The notes beneath the pieces were generated by a model. That model saw only the letters and a program-made list of their open reading frames with translations, made no database searches and was not told where the DNA came from. The position numbers and the translations under genes are program-made. Positions 21,984 through 35,149 of a stretch of DNA of 64,000 nucleotides are shown in pieces (position 1 is the stretch's first letter; each line of letters begins with the position of its first letter). This stretch comes from Antedon mediterranea (lineage: Eukaryota; Animalia; Echinodermata), in the NCBI RefSeq assembly GCF_964355755.1, contig NC_092673.1, positions 32,919,648-32,983,647 on the forward strand, read 5' to 3'.

Positions 21984-23397
21984 TTACGTTACGTTAGCCT
22001 CACACCATTGTTTTGTCTTCCATACATCAAACTGTGTTTTTCGTAAAGCCATTATTTCTGATGAAAGCTCGTAGAGATATGCTTCTCCTTCCCCTTCTTC
22101 TTTTAAGTTTTGATGTAAGAGTTCTCGACTTTTGCTTGAAATTTCTGATGACTGTGACTGAAATGAAAAATGCTTATTTTTCTTCTTATTTTCAAGCAAT
22201 CTAACCTGTTGTTGGGACTTAGACTTACTATTAGCAATTTTGTCTTTATTTGATTGAATATTTGTAGAAATTGTGAATCTTTCCAAGTCGTCCAAACTTT
22301 TAAGAGTGGTTTCATCCGACACACACCGTTTCAGAGCGTATTGGAGTAGACATTTAGGTTCATCCTTGACAATCAGGTGAACCCTTTTCTTTTCACCGAT
22401 CGGATATGCTGACTTTAAAGATTGAAGGATTTGTTTCCATTCTTGATTTTGTTTCCCATCAAACACAAGAATAAGATGGCTAGGTTGATTATTCCAAGAT
22501 GTAATCAATTCCATATCTTCTTTTCTCAACATGTCACTTTGGCAGAAAATAACACTCGTCGACGATGTCTTCGTTAAAAACGCGATATGTAATGGAAGAT
22601 TGCAGACGTTGCCTCGTAAGTTCATAATCCCAAAACCTGTTGGAAAGCTATCTCCATCATTTCCCTTAGGAAGATACCACATTATTTCTAGTAATCCATT
22701 AGAAATTACTTTTTTCATTTTTCCACCTTTACTTTCACATGTTAAGAAATGATCTTGTTTCGAGCTAATGACTTGATTGAGCAGTTTTGATTTCGATAAC
22801 TTAGGTCTTCCTACACGCAGAGCACACACTATTGGTAGTTTATGAACTGCCAGTGATCGTTCACGAGATGGGTTTGAGCAAGTCTTCAATATTTTTCGCA
22901 ATGTGCTTATTGCAAAAGAATGCATCTCAATAGCTACTGTTCGTGACACGGTATCTATTACTGGCAATATTAATGGAATGCCTAACTGACATTGTGACAG
23001 CTTTTCTACTAATATCTGCATGAGGAAGTCATCACTACATAAATAAATAGTGACGTAAGAACGTCGAGGGGATGTACCCGTAGTTCATCTTCTATAGTAA
23101 CATCTTCATTTGTCTCCAAAGAATAATTTTGCAGAAAAAGGTCTAATGAGGTGATATCTGTAGATGTTTCCGTTTGTCGATTATGTTCGAACAACAAGCC
23201 TTCGTAGTTACACGCGATAATATTTTGTAGCATAAACCAAGGGAGTTGGCGTGGATGTTTGATATCTGATTGTTTAATAACATTGGCTTAAGCGTTAGTG
23301 CCTTGTTCCTTGTAATTTTCTTTGGAAAACAGTTAGGACTAGGTAGTTCCAGTGATGTTAATAAATCAAGATATTGATCATAATCAGGAAGCGCCAT
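21984..23397 (-). pseudogene. VLIG/GVIN1-like GTPase paralogue, N-terminal third only, frameshifted and truncated at the LINE
   Basis: Three overlapping ORFs align to the gene at 40434-45152 (LQNIIACNYEG vs LQNIVTCNYEG; ILVEKLSQCQLGIPL vs ILIEKLSICQLAIPL; GLLEIMWYLP vs GLLEIAWYLP). A splice acceptor tttcag lies at 23414-23419. Confidence 0.85.
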
Positions 23398-25679
23398 TGT
23401 TTGACTCTAGTACCTGAAATGATAACATTCAATAATGTGGTGTAATGTGCAGTAAAACTCGTGTCGGTTAATTTTCAAAAAATGTATATGAACTAAAGTG
23501 TTTCAGAAAAACCTATTCGAAACATAATGGCTTTTACATCAAGTGGGTTTGGTCCACTGTGACCACCATTATTGTAGTTATGCCTAATTAAAAAAACTAG
23601 ATGGTTCTCGAATACATAATAATTTCAGCGTTAAAAAACTGGCGATTTCAAATGCACGTACCGCAGGACAATAATGTCGTTTACAGGAACGGATAAATAG
23701 ACACTGTGATTTATGTACTCAACTAAAATTAGCACCCTGGGAATTACTTCCGAAAGAGAAACTTGTCACAAAATGAGACCAATTGTTTAAGTCAAATTTA
23801 AACAAACTTAATTTGTGTTTTATATGTAACATTAGGGTTGAGGGATGGAAGAGGAACCATTTTTAAATATATTCTTTATCCATTTAGTAACGAAATATTA
23901 ATTGTTTTCATGTTTTACAAATAATATACCACTAAACCATGGAGGTATTTATACCCCCATGACTAAACACAGTAAAACACTGCGATGTAATACTTTGTTG
24001 AAACTATCACCGTCCTAGTCGATTGAAAAGTACAGTACGTGTAACGATACATCACTACGACGTGTATATGTTTATATAATGTAAAACAATTTGTGAAAAC
24101 CACCTCTATTCGGGGGGCAAATCCTAAATTTGATTTAATCGTCAATAAATATCAAATTATCTAACTCAACTTAATTAGTAGGCCTAATGGTTTTCAATTG
24201 TTTCTTAGAGCTAATTCATAAGTTGGTTCCTACCCTACCCACCAAAGTTGTTCTGCGTTTAGGGCATGTGATGCACTGTAGGCCTATCCTCTACTGGCTT
24301 TACAACGCTACTCATTCCAGTGAGGGAAGGGTGATGATGTGGGTGGTTTAACTGCAATAATAAAGATTTGTACGTAATATACGGCGACTGAAAACGCTAG
24401 CTCATTATTCGTTTAAAAAAAATCTATATCCAACCTCTGCAGCACAGATTGAAAAAAAAATGGATCGAATTTCTGTTATGAGTATACAGTACTTGCCTTT
24501 ACGACGCCTGAGGGAGGAATAGACACTTGTGGAACAGAGATTGGAATGTTCCATTCATCGCAAATCAATACATTTGTATAAACGTATATTAAATCTATCA
24601 AAATAATACTTTTTAAAGAAAATCGGCCTGTCTTCAACATTATGATGCTATACTCGAGCTGTTCAACCGGTTTTCAGCGATTAAAAACAATTATCGTAGG
24701 AGGAGATAGGAAAATTCGAAGCATCCTCGTAGTATTGTATGCGGGTATTTTTCAAGATGGACATGCATTAGACAGTGTATACCACGATCGGAAAACACCC
24801 CTATTTGGGGCAAATCGTTGAACCTAAATTCGTTTTAATCGTCAATAACTAATTATCGAACTCAATTTAATTAGTAAACAGGGTTACATCAGGTGGTTAA
24901 AATCAGTATCGAAAGTACGAACCAACTTTATATACCATCAAGTAAACATTCTAGAAATAACGCGCGATTTACCGAATTTTGCCCTTACGTAAATTTATAT
25001 ATAGAAAATAATATACCGACGGGACGCTGCACATACAGTAACTACCCATATTTACCCTAAATACCCATACCTTTTGCCATCAAGAGAAACATTTTTAACC
25101 TAAGCCTGGGTGCATCCATCTAAAGTATAGTACAATTTGCAGACAGTTGAATACAGCCATAACAAGAAATAACATGGGCAGGAGGGTTTGTGATTTGTCT
25201 ACAATATATTGTTTCTTTTTTCTTTTTAATTTGTATGTTCTATGTTGATTTTGGTATTCTTATCTTTCTTTTATATTCGTTTAGTACAAATGTAAATGTT
25301 CAAGAGAACAGAAGCATTAGGAAATTGTATCAAGCGGAAGCAGAGTTTACTAAGGCTGAAAAAATAAGTATTTGGAAACTCGGACTGGGCATACTCAAAC
25401 ACCAAAGCACGTCTGGCAGAAGAGTAGTAGACAGTACTATATTTTTAGTTCAGGATTATATTTTTGTTTTTGGCCACAGACTTTGTTCATTTCAGACTAT
25501 ATTTATGTTACCTAAAAATTAATGTTTAAAATAAACTTGATAATAAATCATAAATTTTTTAAAATTATGAAATAAATTATGAAAAAACAATAATTAACAC
25601 TATTACTTCAAAAAGTGAAGGGGTGTTTTTGTAAGAAATATTTCTTGTTTATTTGTGGTTTGATATGTATATGTTTTTT

Positions 25680-26260
25680 ACTTTATCCGTCGATTGTGAT
25701 GTTTAACATTTTTCTTTCTTAACAGTCTTCTTTTGAATGCGTCTATGTTTTGTTCAAGCATTTTTGTTAGTGTCCAAAGTTCACTATTGTATAGTAAAAA
25801 GCTAAATATGTACATTATAGTCTTATAATTAACAAGCATGACTTTGTCACATCCAAATTTAAACTTTATTTGCAATTTTCCTTTTTTTTTAAATTCTATC
25901 ACTTTTAATAATGACACCGATGGAAACTGATTTTCCTGTAAAGAATAATTGGGTCGTCCTGATTCTAATGAACTATCAAAGTTGGAACCATTTCACTTAC
26001 CCAATCATTGATTACAAGTTAATCAGTGCTAGATAATAGCCCCACATCTAATGTTTTTCTTCACTGATCGTTTACAAAGATGTTTGTTCAGAATGGGAAA
26101 GTTTTCAGTTGTGGAGTCCAACTTCAACTTCATTGCCAGGAAATCCAATCATTTACCTAAGTCGCTTTTTTCTGATGTTTGTATTAAATGTAGGTTTTGA
26201 TAATGATTGGCTCGGTTCGCTTGAATCTCTGGAATACTTTTCTATTTGAAAGGTAGATAA
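25680..26260 (-). mobile_element. Old RTE-like LINE remnant
   Basis: FLLYNSELWTLTKMLEQNIDAFKRRLLRK resembles the RTE-clade LLYGSETWTL...F.RRCLRRI motif. Boundaries are approximate. Confidence 0.5.
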
Positions 26261-28784
26261 ACTCAGACCCATTTATTTTTAATGGATAATATATATTAGG
26301 TATATTTATTCATAAAAAGACATCAAAATACAACGGCAGCCAAAAGGCTGAAAAGTAGTATTTTACAAAATTTGATAAAAATATATAAATACAGTATGTA
26401 TAAAAGGTAAAACTAGTTTTAAAAAATTAACACATTAAAATTGGTCCACCTGTAAGTTAAAATAGTGCCAGCCTATTCAATATTCATCATTAATGAGTCA
26501 GACTAAAAAAAGGGACTGGTGAAGATCTAAATCTTTCTGTACGACCAAACGGGATTTCGAGTAGAGGCTTACTCGCAGACCTCAGGGTTCTGCTAATGTC
26601 ACGAACAGGGGGAAGAATGCTTCTAAATGTATCAGACTTTATTATTCCTTTACCAAATTTCAGTAAGAGTTGGACTCTTCTGTTAACTAGCGATGGAAGG
26701 TCTGACAATTTAAGAGCAGACTCGTAGGATACATAGTTCATGCCATAAATGATTCGTAGAGCTCTTTTTTTAACTCTTTCTATTGACTTAGTTTGGTCTT
26801 TCATAATTGAACTGTGCCACACAGGGCATGCATATTCAACTAAAAGACGTATATAGCAAGTATATACTTGTAGTAAATCTTTAGAAGGCGCCTTGGCTTT
26901 CTTAAGTATAATGAAAGTGTACAAACGTCGACATGCTTTAGCAACGATATCATGAATATGCATCTCCCATTTAAGGTTATCCTGCAAGGTGACACCAAGC
27001 AGTTTAATGTGATTTACACATTTAAGATCATGGCCATTTAGATTGAAACTGGGAGGAGGACAGTCGGACTTTAGGAGGGAAATACGCATCACATTGCACT
27101 TGGATGGCTTGAGGAGGACTCTATTTATCAAACACCAATCATCAAGTTGATTTAAAGTGTCCTGCAACAATTGGCTATCACTACTTCTAACTACTTCACT
27201 AAGAGTGAGGTCGTCCACATATTTCCACCGCCTGTCAGTTCCCTCAGCAACATCATTGACTAATACCAAAAAGAAGGGGGCCCAACTTCGTGCCCTGGGG
27301 CACCCCACAAGTAATATTAGAATTTGAAGAGGTGGCTCCCTTAACTTTGGTATTGCATGTGCGATTTAAGAGGAAACTACAAACGGTAGGAAGAATGGAC
27401 GGCCTCACTCCTATGGATATTAATTTATTTATGACAACATTATGATCCACACGATCGAAAGCCTTCGTAAAGTCTACAGCACATAAGTTTAAATATTTTC
27501 TACCCCCCTCCAGGTCAGATACAACAGAATTTATCAAGTCTACGAGGTAGTGTGAAGTTGACGAGCCTCTACGACAACCAAATTGCTTACTATCTAAAGA
27601 ATCTTTTATATCATTAGTTACCCACTCCGCTAAAAAGCTTTCAAATATCCGAGAAAAAATGGGTGTTAGGGATACAGGCCGAAGGTCATTACAATTATTA
27701 GCATCTGGAACCTTAGGAACTGGTATTATAGTAGCCTTTTTCCATTGTTCAGGAAAATTACCTTCATTTAAAGAAGAATTAAAAATGTCCTCTAATGGAT
27801 AAGAGAGTTCAAATGAGAATTCCTTAATTAATCTGACCGGTAGATCTTCTGGGTGTCCTGCTTTTTGTACGTTTAACTTATCGATTGCAGATTTCACTTG
27901 TCCTGGGTAGATAACGGGTGGGGGTTCCGATACTGGTAAGTAACTTGGTAGTTTTGTAATGTCAAGCGCTGAAAGTTCACTACAAATCGTGGCAAAATGT
28001 TGGTTATTTACTTCAACAGCCGCTTACGTTGATGTTAAACGTGTTCTTTTTCTTTAGATTGCAGAGATTCACAATTCCTTTGTGCCATCTAGCAGGGCTA
28101 TTGCTTTTTAGACACTTTAATGAGGTCGCGTAAAACTTCTTCTTCGCGTGTGTAATTGCTCTTTGTATGGAGTTCCGTATCCTTCGCCATTGGTGGGTAT
28201 GGTTACTAGAAAAGGCCAACTGTCGTTCTACAATCAATCTCTTGATTCTCGGCGTCATCCACGGCTTATCTGTTTTCTTATGGCAAATCGATTTCACGGG
28301 GAAAAAATCCGCAAATTTCCCATTAAGCACAGTAAGAAATTCATTTGTTTTACAACTTGTTGATTTGCTATCAAGAATATGGCACCAGTCATGGGCAGTG
28401 ATCCACGATCCAAATGATCTAACCGACGAGTTACGATACGGTTGGATAGTACAAGTGGTGTAGTTAGAGGTAGGTATAACATGGATTGGTTTCAATAGTA
28501 TACAATGGTCGCTACGCCCTAAGGGGGCCAACTTAGTGGCTTTACTGTATCTCTCCGGTCGATTCATGAACACTTTATCAAGGATGTTATTTTTCCTATG
28601 GGTAGGAAAATCAATCATTTGTTCCATACCTAATTCACATTGCATATAGGTAGTGTTTAGATGGTTGAAGTCACCAAGTACTATGATATTTTCCAATCTA
28701 TCCATTCCATAAATACTATCAATTACATTTCTAACATGCTCTAAAAGTTGGTTGGGGTAGTTGGCAGACGGCGGGTAGTAAATA

Positions 28785-31700
28785 TAGGCCATCGGGTGAA
28801 AATCCTATCGTTCAATCCCGTTCCAGTCTCATTAGCCTAAAAAAACTCTACATGATAATTATGTTAATAATATTTTAAAAGTAATAACACAAAGTTTCAC
28901 CTAAAAAACGTATCATATAACAAGGAAATCACATTTCAACGTCAGTATTTGAAAATTTTTTTACATTGTGTTGACCCATGACCTTTTCCACACGAAACTC
29001 TTTTAGCCAAAAAATGTTTTTTTTTCATTGAGGTTTTATTCATTAAATAAAATATTTATTCACAAAAACTACATTGAAGAAGCTCAGTGATATTTAGTAT
29101 ATTAATTATAACAGAAAACTTGATAATAAAACAGTATTATCGTAATTTTAGTACAACAATTGTTAACGATTTGGTGAATATGGACGCGTGACATGAACTG
29201 TGCACACAACAGCATGGCTTCGATTGATGAAAGCCACGTTTGTGATCTTCAAATAAAATGTTGTTTTCACCATGAAAACATTACTGATAAAACGGCATTT
29301 CCAATTACGGAAGTTCGATTTTATAAGGTTGTTGCTTGTACCAAGTTATGGGTAAACTTAGATGGTACCTGTAAAGATATTGCTAATAAACTAGTATCCG
29401 AGCTAGATATTCTTAATGCGTCATATGAAGACATAATAACAAAGCATCCATATTTTGGATTTCATCACCATTGTTATCGTAAATACATCAACACAAGAAC
29501 GATAGAATTGGTAAGTTTAACACATTCACTAGCCTATGTATCATTTGTAAGAAGGCACAGAAGCAGATTAGAAAAAATTACAAAACCTGCAACCAGAAAT
29601 TGAGAAAGGCTCTCACAGATGATGCAGGTAAGAGCCTTTTAAAACAATTAATACAATTTTTTGTACGTGGTATAGATTATGTACATATATATAACTTATT
29701 AACCATTTTTTTATGCTGTATATTTAAAGGATTCCTAAGAGCAGCTGCTGAAATGAAAAATGACCAAGAAATGTTGAAGGACATACACGGAAAGAGCTGT
29801 GCTTGCATTGAAGTGAGGTACCATGACTCATGCTACAGGGAATATATAAAAATTGTGCACCGAAAGAAACATATTCATGCAAAGTATGTTTAATTTTATT
29901 TATGTTAAGTTATTGTATGTAAGCCTTATTATTATACATATTATTATTACTGTATATATTAATTTGATATATATCATATACCAACCAAGAGATTTGTCAT
30001 TATTTGTTCAGGTCTTCAACAAAGTCATTTTTTGATGAACATAAAAAAGGCTACAATGTGTTTTGTGAAACAATTATTAAAGAAAGAATGAAAACCGGTC
30101 AAGAAATCATCAGATTAAGTAAACTTCAGAAGTACCTTGACAAGTATATTCAAGAAGAGGAACATATTAATTTGGGATATGTAAGGTACTGTATGCAGTT
30201 TGATTAATTTTCTTACCTTACAATGGAACATATGCGTAATAATGATATTGTTAATTTAATTTACCTTCACAATAAGTTATAGCTTCTAATGCAATATTTT
30301 GTTTTATAACAGGTCAGATTTACTAAAAGCAAAACTCGAAAAATATTTTCCAGAGCTTGTATTCCATTTACCAAGTAGAAGGTTTGTAATTACAAATTGT
30401 AGATATATAGATGGTAACCCATAAAAAATTGGAATGCTTTTTTTTTTAACAATTTGAATGTATGTATACTATATTATAATAAAGTAATTATACTTTTTTT
30501 GGCATTTTTTAGGAATGAGGCAACCATGGTTTATTTTGCTGACATATCCACAGGCTCTTTTGCTGAGCAATTTTTGGAATCAGAAGAGAGTACTGACCTG
30601 TCATCAGATGCATCTGTTAATCCTGATATATCTACCACTACAAATAAAGAGGAAAGATATCATTTGCAAGATGAATCACGAACAATTCACTTAGCAGGTA
30701 AACCATATTGTATAATTGTTTTAGACAACATATGAATTCATTAAAATAATAGCCTATTTAATGGTAACTTTATTTGTCTTTACAGGCCTGATTTTAAAGA
30801 ATGCAATCAAGACATCAGAGTCAATGGACTATAAGTGGCCTCCACGAGCAAGTGATATTAACAATGTAGTTATGAGTGACATCATTCCATTCCACCTTTT
30901 TAATATCTTGGCAATATGTACCAACACAGTACAGGAACACATTGATCCATCGATGGCAAGTGTTCCAGAAGAAATCCGAAATAAACTTGAGGCAATCTGT
31001 CAAGACATTGTGTACTTAGCTTCAAGAGGCAGGCGACAAACACCAAAATCCTTAGCACTTGGTCTTACTGTTAGGCATATGACTGGTTCCACGCACCTCT
31101 TAGATATATTAAGTAAATTTGGACATTGTACGAAACAAGTCTTGCGATGTTTCGATTGTCCACTGCTAATGCTGTTCCGGATGGTTTCAGGCGTGGGGAA
31201 CTTGTTACTATGGTTTGGGACAACATTGATTTTAATGAAGAAACCACAAGTGGCCAAGGCACAACATGATGAAATGATTTTATTCTATTTTTATATTAAG
31301 TTGCCATGAGAAAAACCAATTTCAAATCTTTCGTTGATGAACTTATTGACAATAAAGTTATCTTGTATCTTGTAAATCTAAACATTAAAATTTAGTTGAA
31401 ATGTGTTGTGGTCTTAATTAAATGGTTTAATTTTCAAAAGTATTGATAGAAATAAAGAAATAATTCAAATGCTTTTAGAATTATATATATAACGTGTATT
31501 TGATGGCAGACACTCGTTTATAATTGTAAATTAAATAAACTACAGTAATTTAACTTATGACGCGACTTGACTTAGCCTGACGCGTTTTACCTTGACAGTG
31601 ACGCGATTAGATTTTAATTGACGCGATCTAACGAGTCGGGACGTAACAACGTACAATTACCACGGTACTCGTCCACGCTTTTTGCCTGTTACTTCAGCGG

Positions 31701-31898
31701 GATGTTTTTAATCTTTCGGGCTAGCGATGGTCTTTTATCAAGATAATTGTGCTTATGTGATACGGTATTTTGGTGAAAAAGTTCAAATTATTACTTAAAA
31801 CATGTTAATAGATTGATCTATGACAATTTTTTGTATACTAAAGAGGTTGGAGCGAAAAGTGTTTTCTAGTGGCTTTTTTTTCTTCACCCGATGGCCTA
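28785..31898 (+). mobile_element. Academ DNA transposon, internally deleted
   Basis: Perfect 16-bp TIR TAGGCCATCGGGTGAA (28785-28800 and 31883-31898) and a 3-bp TSD ATA whose removal restores the host frame GAIYYPP. TAG termini and 3-4-bp TSDs are Academ hallmarks. Confidence 0.85.
29193..31270 (+). pseudogene. Intron-containing Academ transposase, 5' part only
   Basis: Exons are bounded by GT-AG (for example donors near 29511, 29628 and 30698, acceptors near 30011, 30311, 30511 and 30785). Motifs EVRYHDSCYREY, QDIVYLASRGRRQTPKSLALGLTVRHMTGS...GHC and, after a frameshift, WDNIDFNEETTSG. Confidence 0.75.
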
Positions 31899-32704
31899 AT
31901 AGCTCCAATATATATAGAACGCGTTTTGCTGTTCTGTGTAGAGCGATAGCTAATTTTTGACCATAGGCATTCGAATTTGCAATCAGTATGCGTAACAATC
32001 GGATGGATTTCCAGGTGGTCCGCTGCAAAGCATGCTACGCCACCGCCGATTTTATCAGTTCTGTTTTTAAAAACGCCTTTATAATCGCAAAAGTTAACAA
32101 TACCTTGTGTTTCCTCTGTTAGCCATGTCTCAGTGACTATCGCTACATCTACATTATGTTTCTTTAAGGTACAGTAAAATTCGTCTGCTTTATTCTTTAA
32201 TGACCACGCATTCGTATACATAATTGTCGGTGCAGCTAAATCCCCTGTGATGCATGGGATCAAATTTCCAATATTACGACCTTGGGTCACCGTATTTTCT
32301 ACTGAACGAAAAGTTACCCTTGTATCAATTTTCCTTCTTAGCTTAACACCTCCGCGTTTCCTTCTTGGTCGTTTTCTAGGCCGAGAGTCGCTACCGGTAT
32401 GCATACAAGTCGGTCTATTGTTTACCTCCACCTGTATATGCAGTTCTTTTGTCATTGCGTACCGTACCGTGTCCAAAAAAAAACCAACAAAAAACAAGAC
32501 CAAACCGGCGACAAGCACAAAAACGGCTAAATTATGAATGTACAAGCACAAAAATCCATCAAAATTCATCAAAATATCATCTAAACCAACAAGCAACGCT
32601 TAGTAATCGCTAAATAAGACACATCAACAAGTTAAACAACGAAAATAAGGAAAATAGAGGTGTCTTGCAGATAGCTCAGCGACACACGTCTACACGCTAC
32701 AGCG

Positions 32705-34026
32705 CAGGGGCGCAGCCAGCAAAGAATTAAAGGGGGGGTCAACCAATATGTGAGTATTTTGCGAGCGAAGCGAGCAACCATGGGCTGGGGGCCAGGGGGC
32801 CGCCAAGGGCCCCCGGTTGGGGTCCAGGGGGCGAAGCCCCCTGGAAGCTTTGGCGGTCTAGGGCAATCTAGATCATTTGAATCGGTTTACGCACACACAA
32901 ATATGACAATGTTAACACTAATAAACTGAAACAAAGAAAACAAAAAACAACTCTCATTTTCATTACAGAACATTTTTATATTCCAGGCTGCCACAGACAA
33001 ACACTTTTTTCCTTGCTTGTTTGTTGATTTGTGTAGAGAGGCTGTAAACTCAGGAGGAATTATTTGAATTCCTCCCTTTTCACCAATACAAAAGTTGCAT
33101 GAAATGAACGTAGAGATGCAAAAGTTTGAAAAAAGAAATTAGAATGATAGCATGGAGGGAGTGATATTATTAAATGAGAACCGTAATGTTAGAGTTCATA
33201 CACTATGCAAGTCCAAGAAGCTATCTTGGCTCCGTGTGTATGTGAGACGCTTATCATACCCAGTACATACAATATTTTGTTTGAAAATATACCTATTTTG
33301 TTCGAATGTATAGTATAGGTGATAGCTTATACATAATTGTAATAACTAACTTCTAAATTATTATCATACATTTTACGTTAGTTACTATAACGGCGCTCTT
33401 GACATCGCGTGATGCATCTTTAAACATAAGTTTGGAACATTCTTCTTGGCTTGGAGACAGAATTCGCGAATGACATTCTCTGTATTAATGTTCATGTTAA
33501 AGTGTATGTTCATGAGGCACAATCCCGAAAGCTGCTCATAAGACATGTGATTTCCCAAACAGGTTTTCGTTCTCCATAAAGTCGAAAAACTCCGCTCAGC
33601 TTAAGCAGACGTTACGGGCATAGGCCTGCGCGATTAGAAGAAGTGCACACACATTCGGGAACACATCTGGATCCGCTAATTTTACACAGTCGCTTCCATC
33701 ACTGAAGCTCGGAATGAAGATGTTCGTGTCTTGGCAGATCATCGTACCAAATTCAAGTTCCTTGAAGACTTCTTCAACATTACACTTCACGATAGACTCG
33801 GGTGCTACGCCAAATATTTTAAAGCATGGCCTGTTATCGGCAGAAAAACGGGTTTTTTAACTCGGTTTGTAATCAAGAAGTTGATTTGGTAATACTGCTC
33901 GGTAGTAATCTTCCACAGTATCTCCAGATGATTTGATCTGTATTGTTGTCTCATGTTTTTATTTATTTTTTCTAAAAAAAAGGGGGGGTCAGGACCCCCG
34001 TGACCCCCCCACTGGCTGCGCCCCTG
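32705..34026 (-). mobile_element. hAT-superfamily non-autonomous derivative with 5-bp TSD
   Basis: Perfect 15-bp TIR CAGGGGCGCAGCCAG, with cagcg at 32700-32704 and 34027-34031. It carries a remnant of the hAT dimerisation domain (DVFPNVCALLLIA...ERSFSTL.RTKTCL...LSGLCLMNIH) at about 33460-33700. Confidence 0.85.
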
Positions 34027-35149
34027 CAGCGTCATATATGTATATTAATAATAATAAACCTCATCATAGATATAATCTCACCATTTATTTCTTACTCCTT
34101 TTATACATTTTATTTCCTGATAAAATGGTTAAAATACTGTATTCTTTTAATTTAGAGCTAGTTATTCTATAGTTACTCTATTTTTAGCTTTTACTGGAAG
34201 TTCCAGCTTGACAGCCATTGGTCCAAATATACCTTTTGTTTTACTCTTGAGAACACGCACGCACGCGCAGTAAAGAATAAGTTTATTTATAAAGCAAATA
34301 TTCAGCCATTGTGATCATGTATGTTACACGATTCTCAATCCTACTCAGTGTTTTTTTAAGTTTGATATTTTAGCCTTTGAATATACGACAAAATGTAATT
34401 ACCTAATTTTTGGAATACATTTTAATTTGAATCGCATTCATTATCAGAAGTAATCAGTTGTGATTACTGTGAATACTGAGCTAAAAAACACTCATAAAAC
34501 TAACGTTTTATAAAGTTTTTATTTAGGTTAATGCTTTTTAAAAATTGTAACAACAGTAATGTGATGGTTTATAAAACTTCAACACAATCTTGAAATCAAT
34601 ATACTTTAATCAATACAGTACTGTAATTCGCGATATAATAATATCTTGAGTGAATCTAACAAGTATAACAATAAATGAAAATACGAACCTTATCATGTCT
34701 GTCAGAAATTACATCAACTACGAATGCGTTTCTACAAAGTCCGTCCAGTTTAAACGTTATCTCGATACTGGTTGTTCGTTGCTTCACACACCCAAACTTG
34801 TTAAAGTTGAATTTCAGTGATTGGTTAATACAGCAAAAAGTTATTTGCATAACTATACAAATGTACCCAGGTCAGAAAACATCATGGAGCCACATTTCTG
34901 ATGTCTTAAGAAAACCCAGTGACTATGCACTTAAAACATAGACAGGCGGCGTCGGTTGCCCAAACCAAATCGTTTTATCGTAAATAAACCCTTTAAGTAT
35001 TGGCCATTAAAAAAAAAACCTGTACTACATTCAACTATCCCGAAACCAGATTGTTTGAACAAGAGAAAATCTAACAATGGAATAGCAACAATACCGTATA
35101 GCAATGTGCAGCTATTTCTAAATAGTTAATACTACTAGATATGGGAATT

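Larger units (their letters stand above)
26290..32699 (-). mobile_element. CR1/L2-group LINE (APE-RT), frameshifted and split by an Academ transposon
   Basis: Endonuclease N-part YTNAWSL/VTETWL/GGGVAC (31899-32250) and C-part YYPP/LGDFN/SDH (28013-28784). RT motifs RPVSLT, DFTKAFD, GVPQGTKLGP and KYVDD. A 3' CAGCC-TTTT-GGCTG hairpin and AATAAA lie at 26305-26350. Confidence 0.88.

Noticed and set aside
28785-28800. Tc1/mariner-type TA TSD for the 28.8-31.9 kb element
   Set aside because: Assuming a TA TSD leaves the host LINE out of frame, whereas TAGG termini with an ATA TSD restore GAIYYPP.
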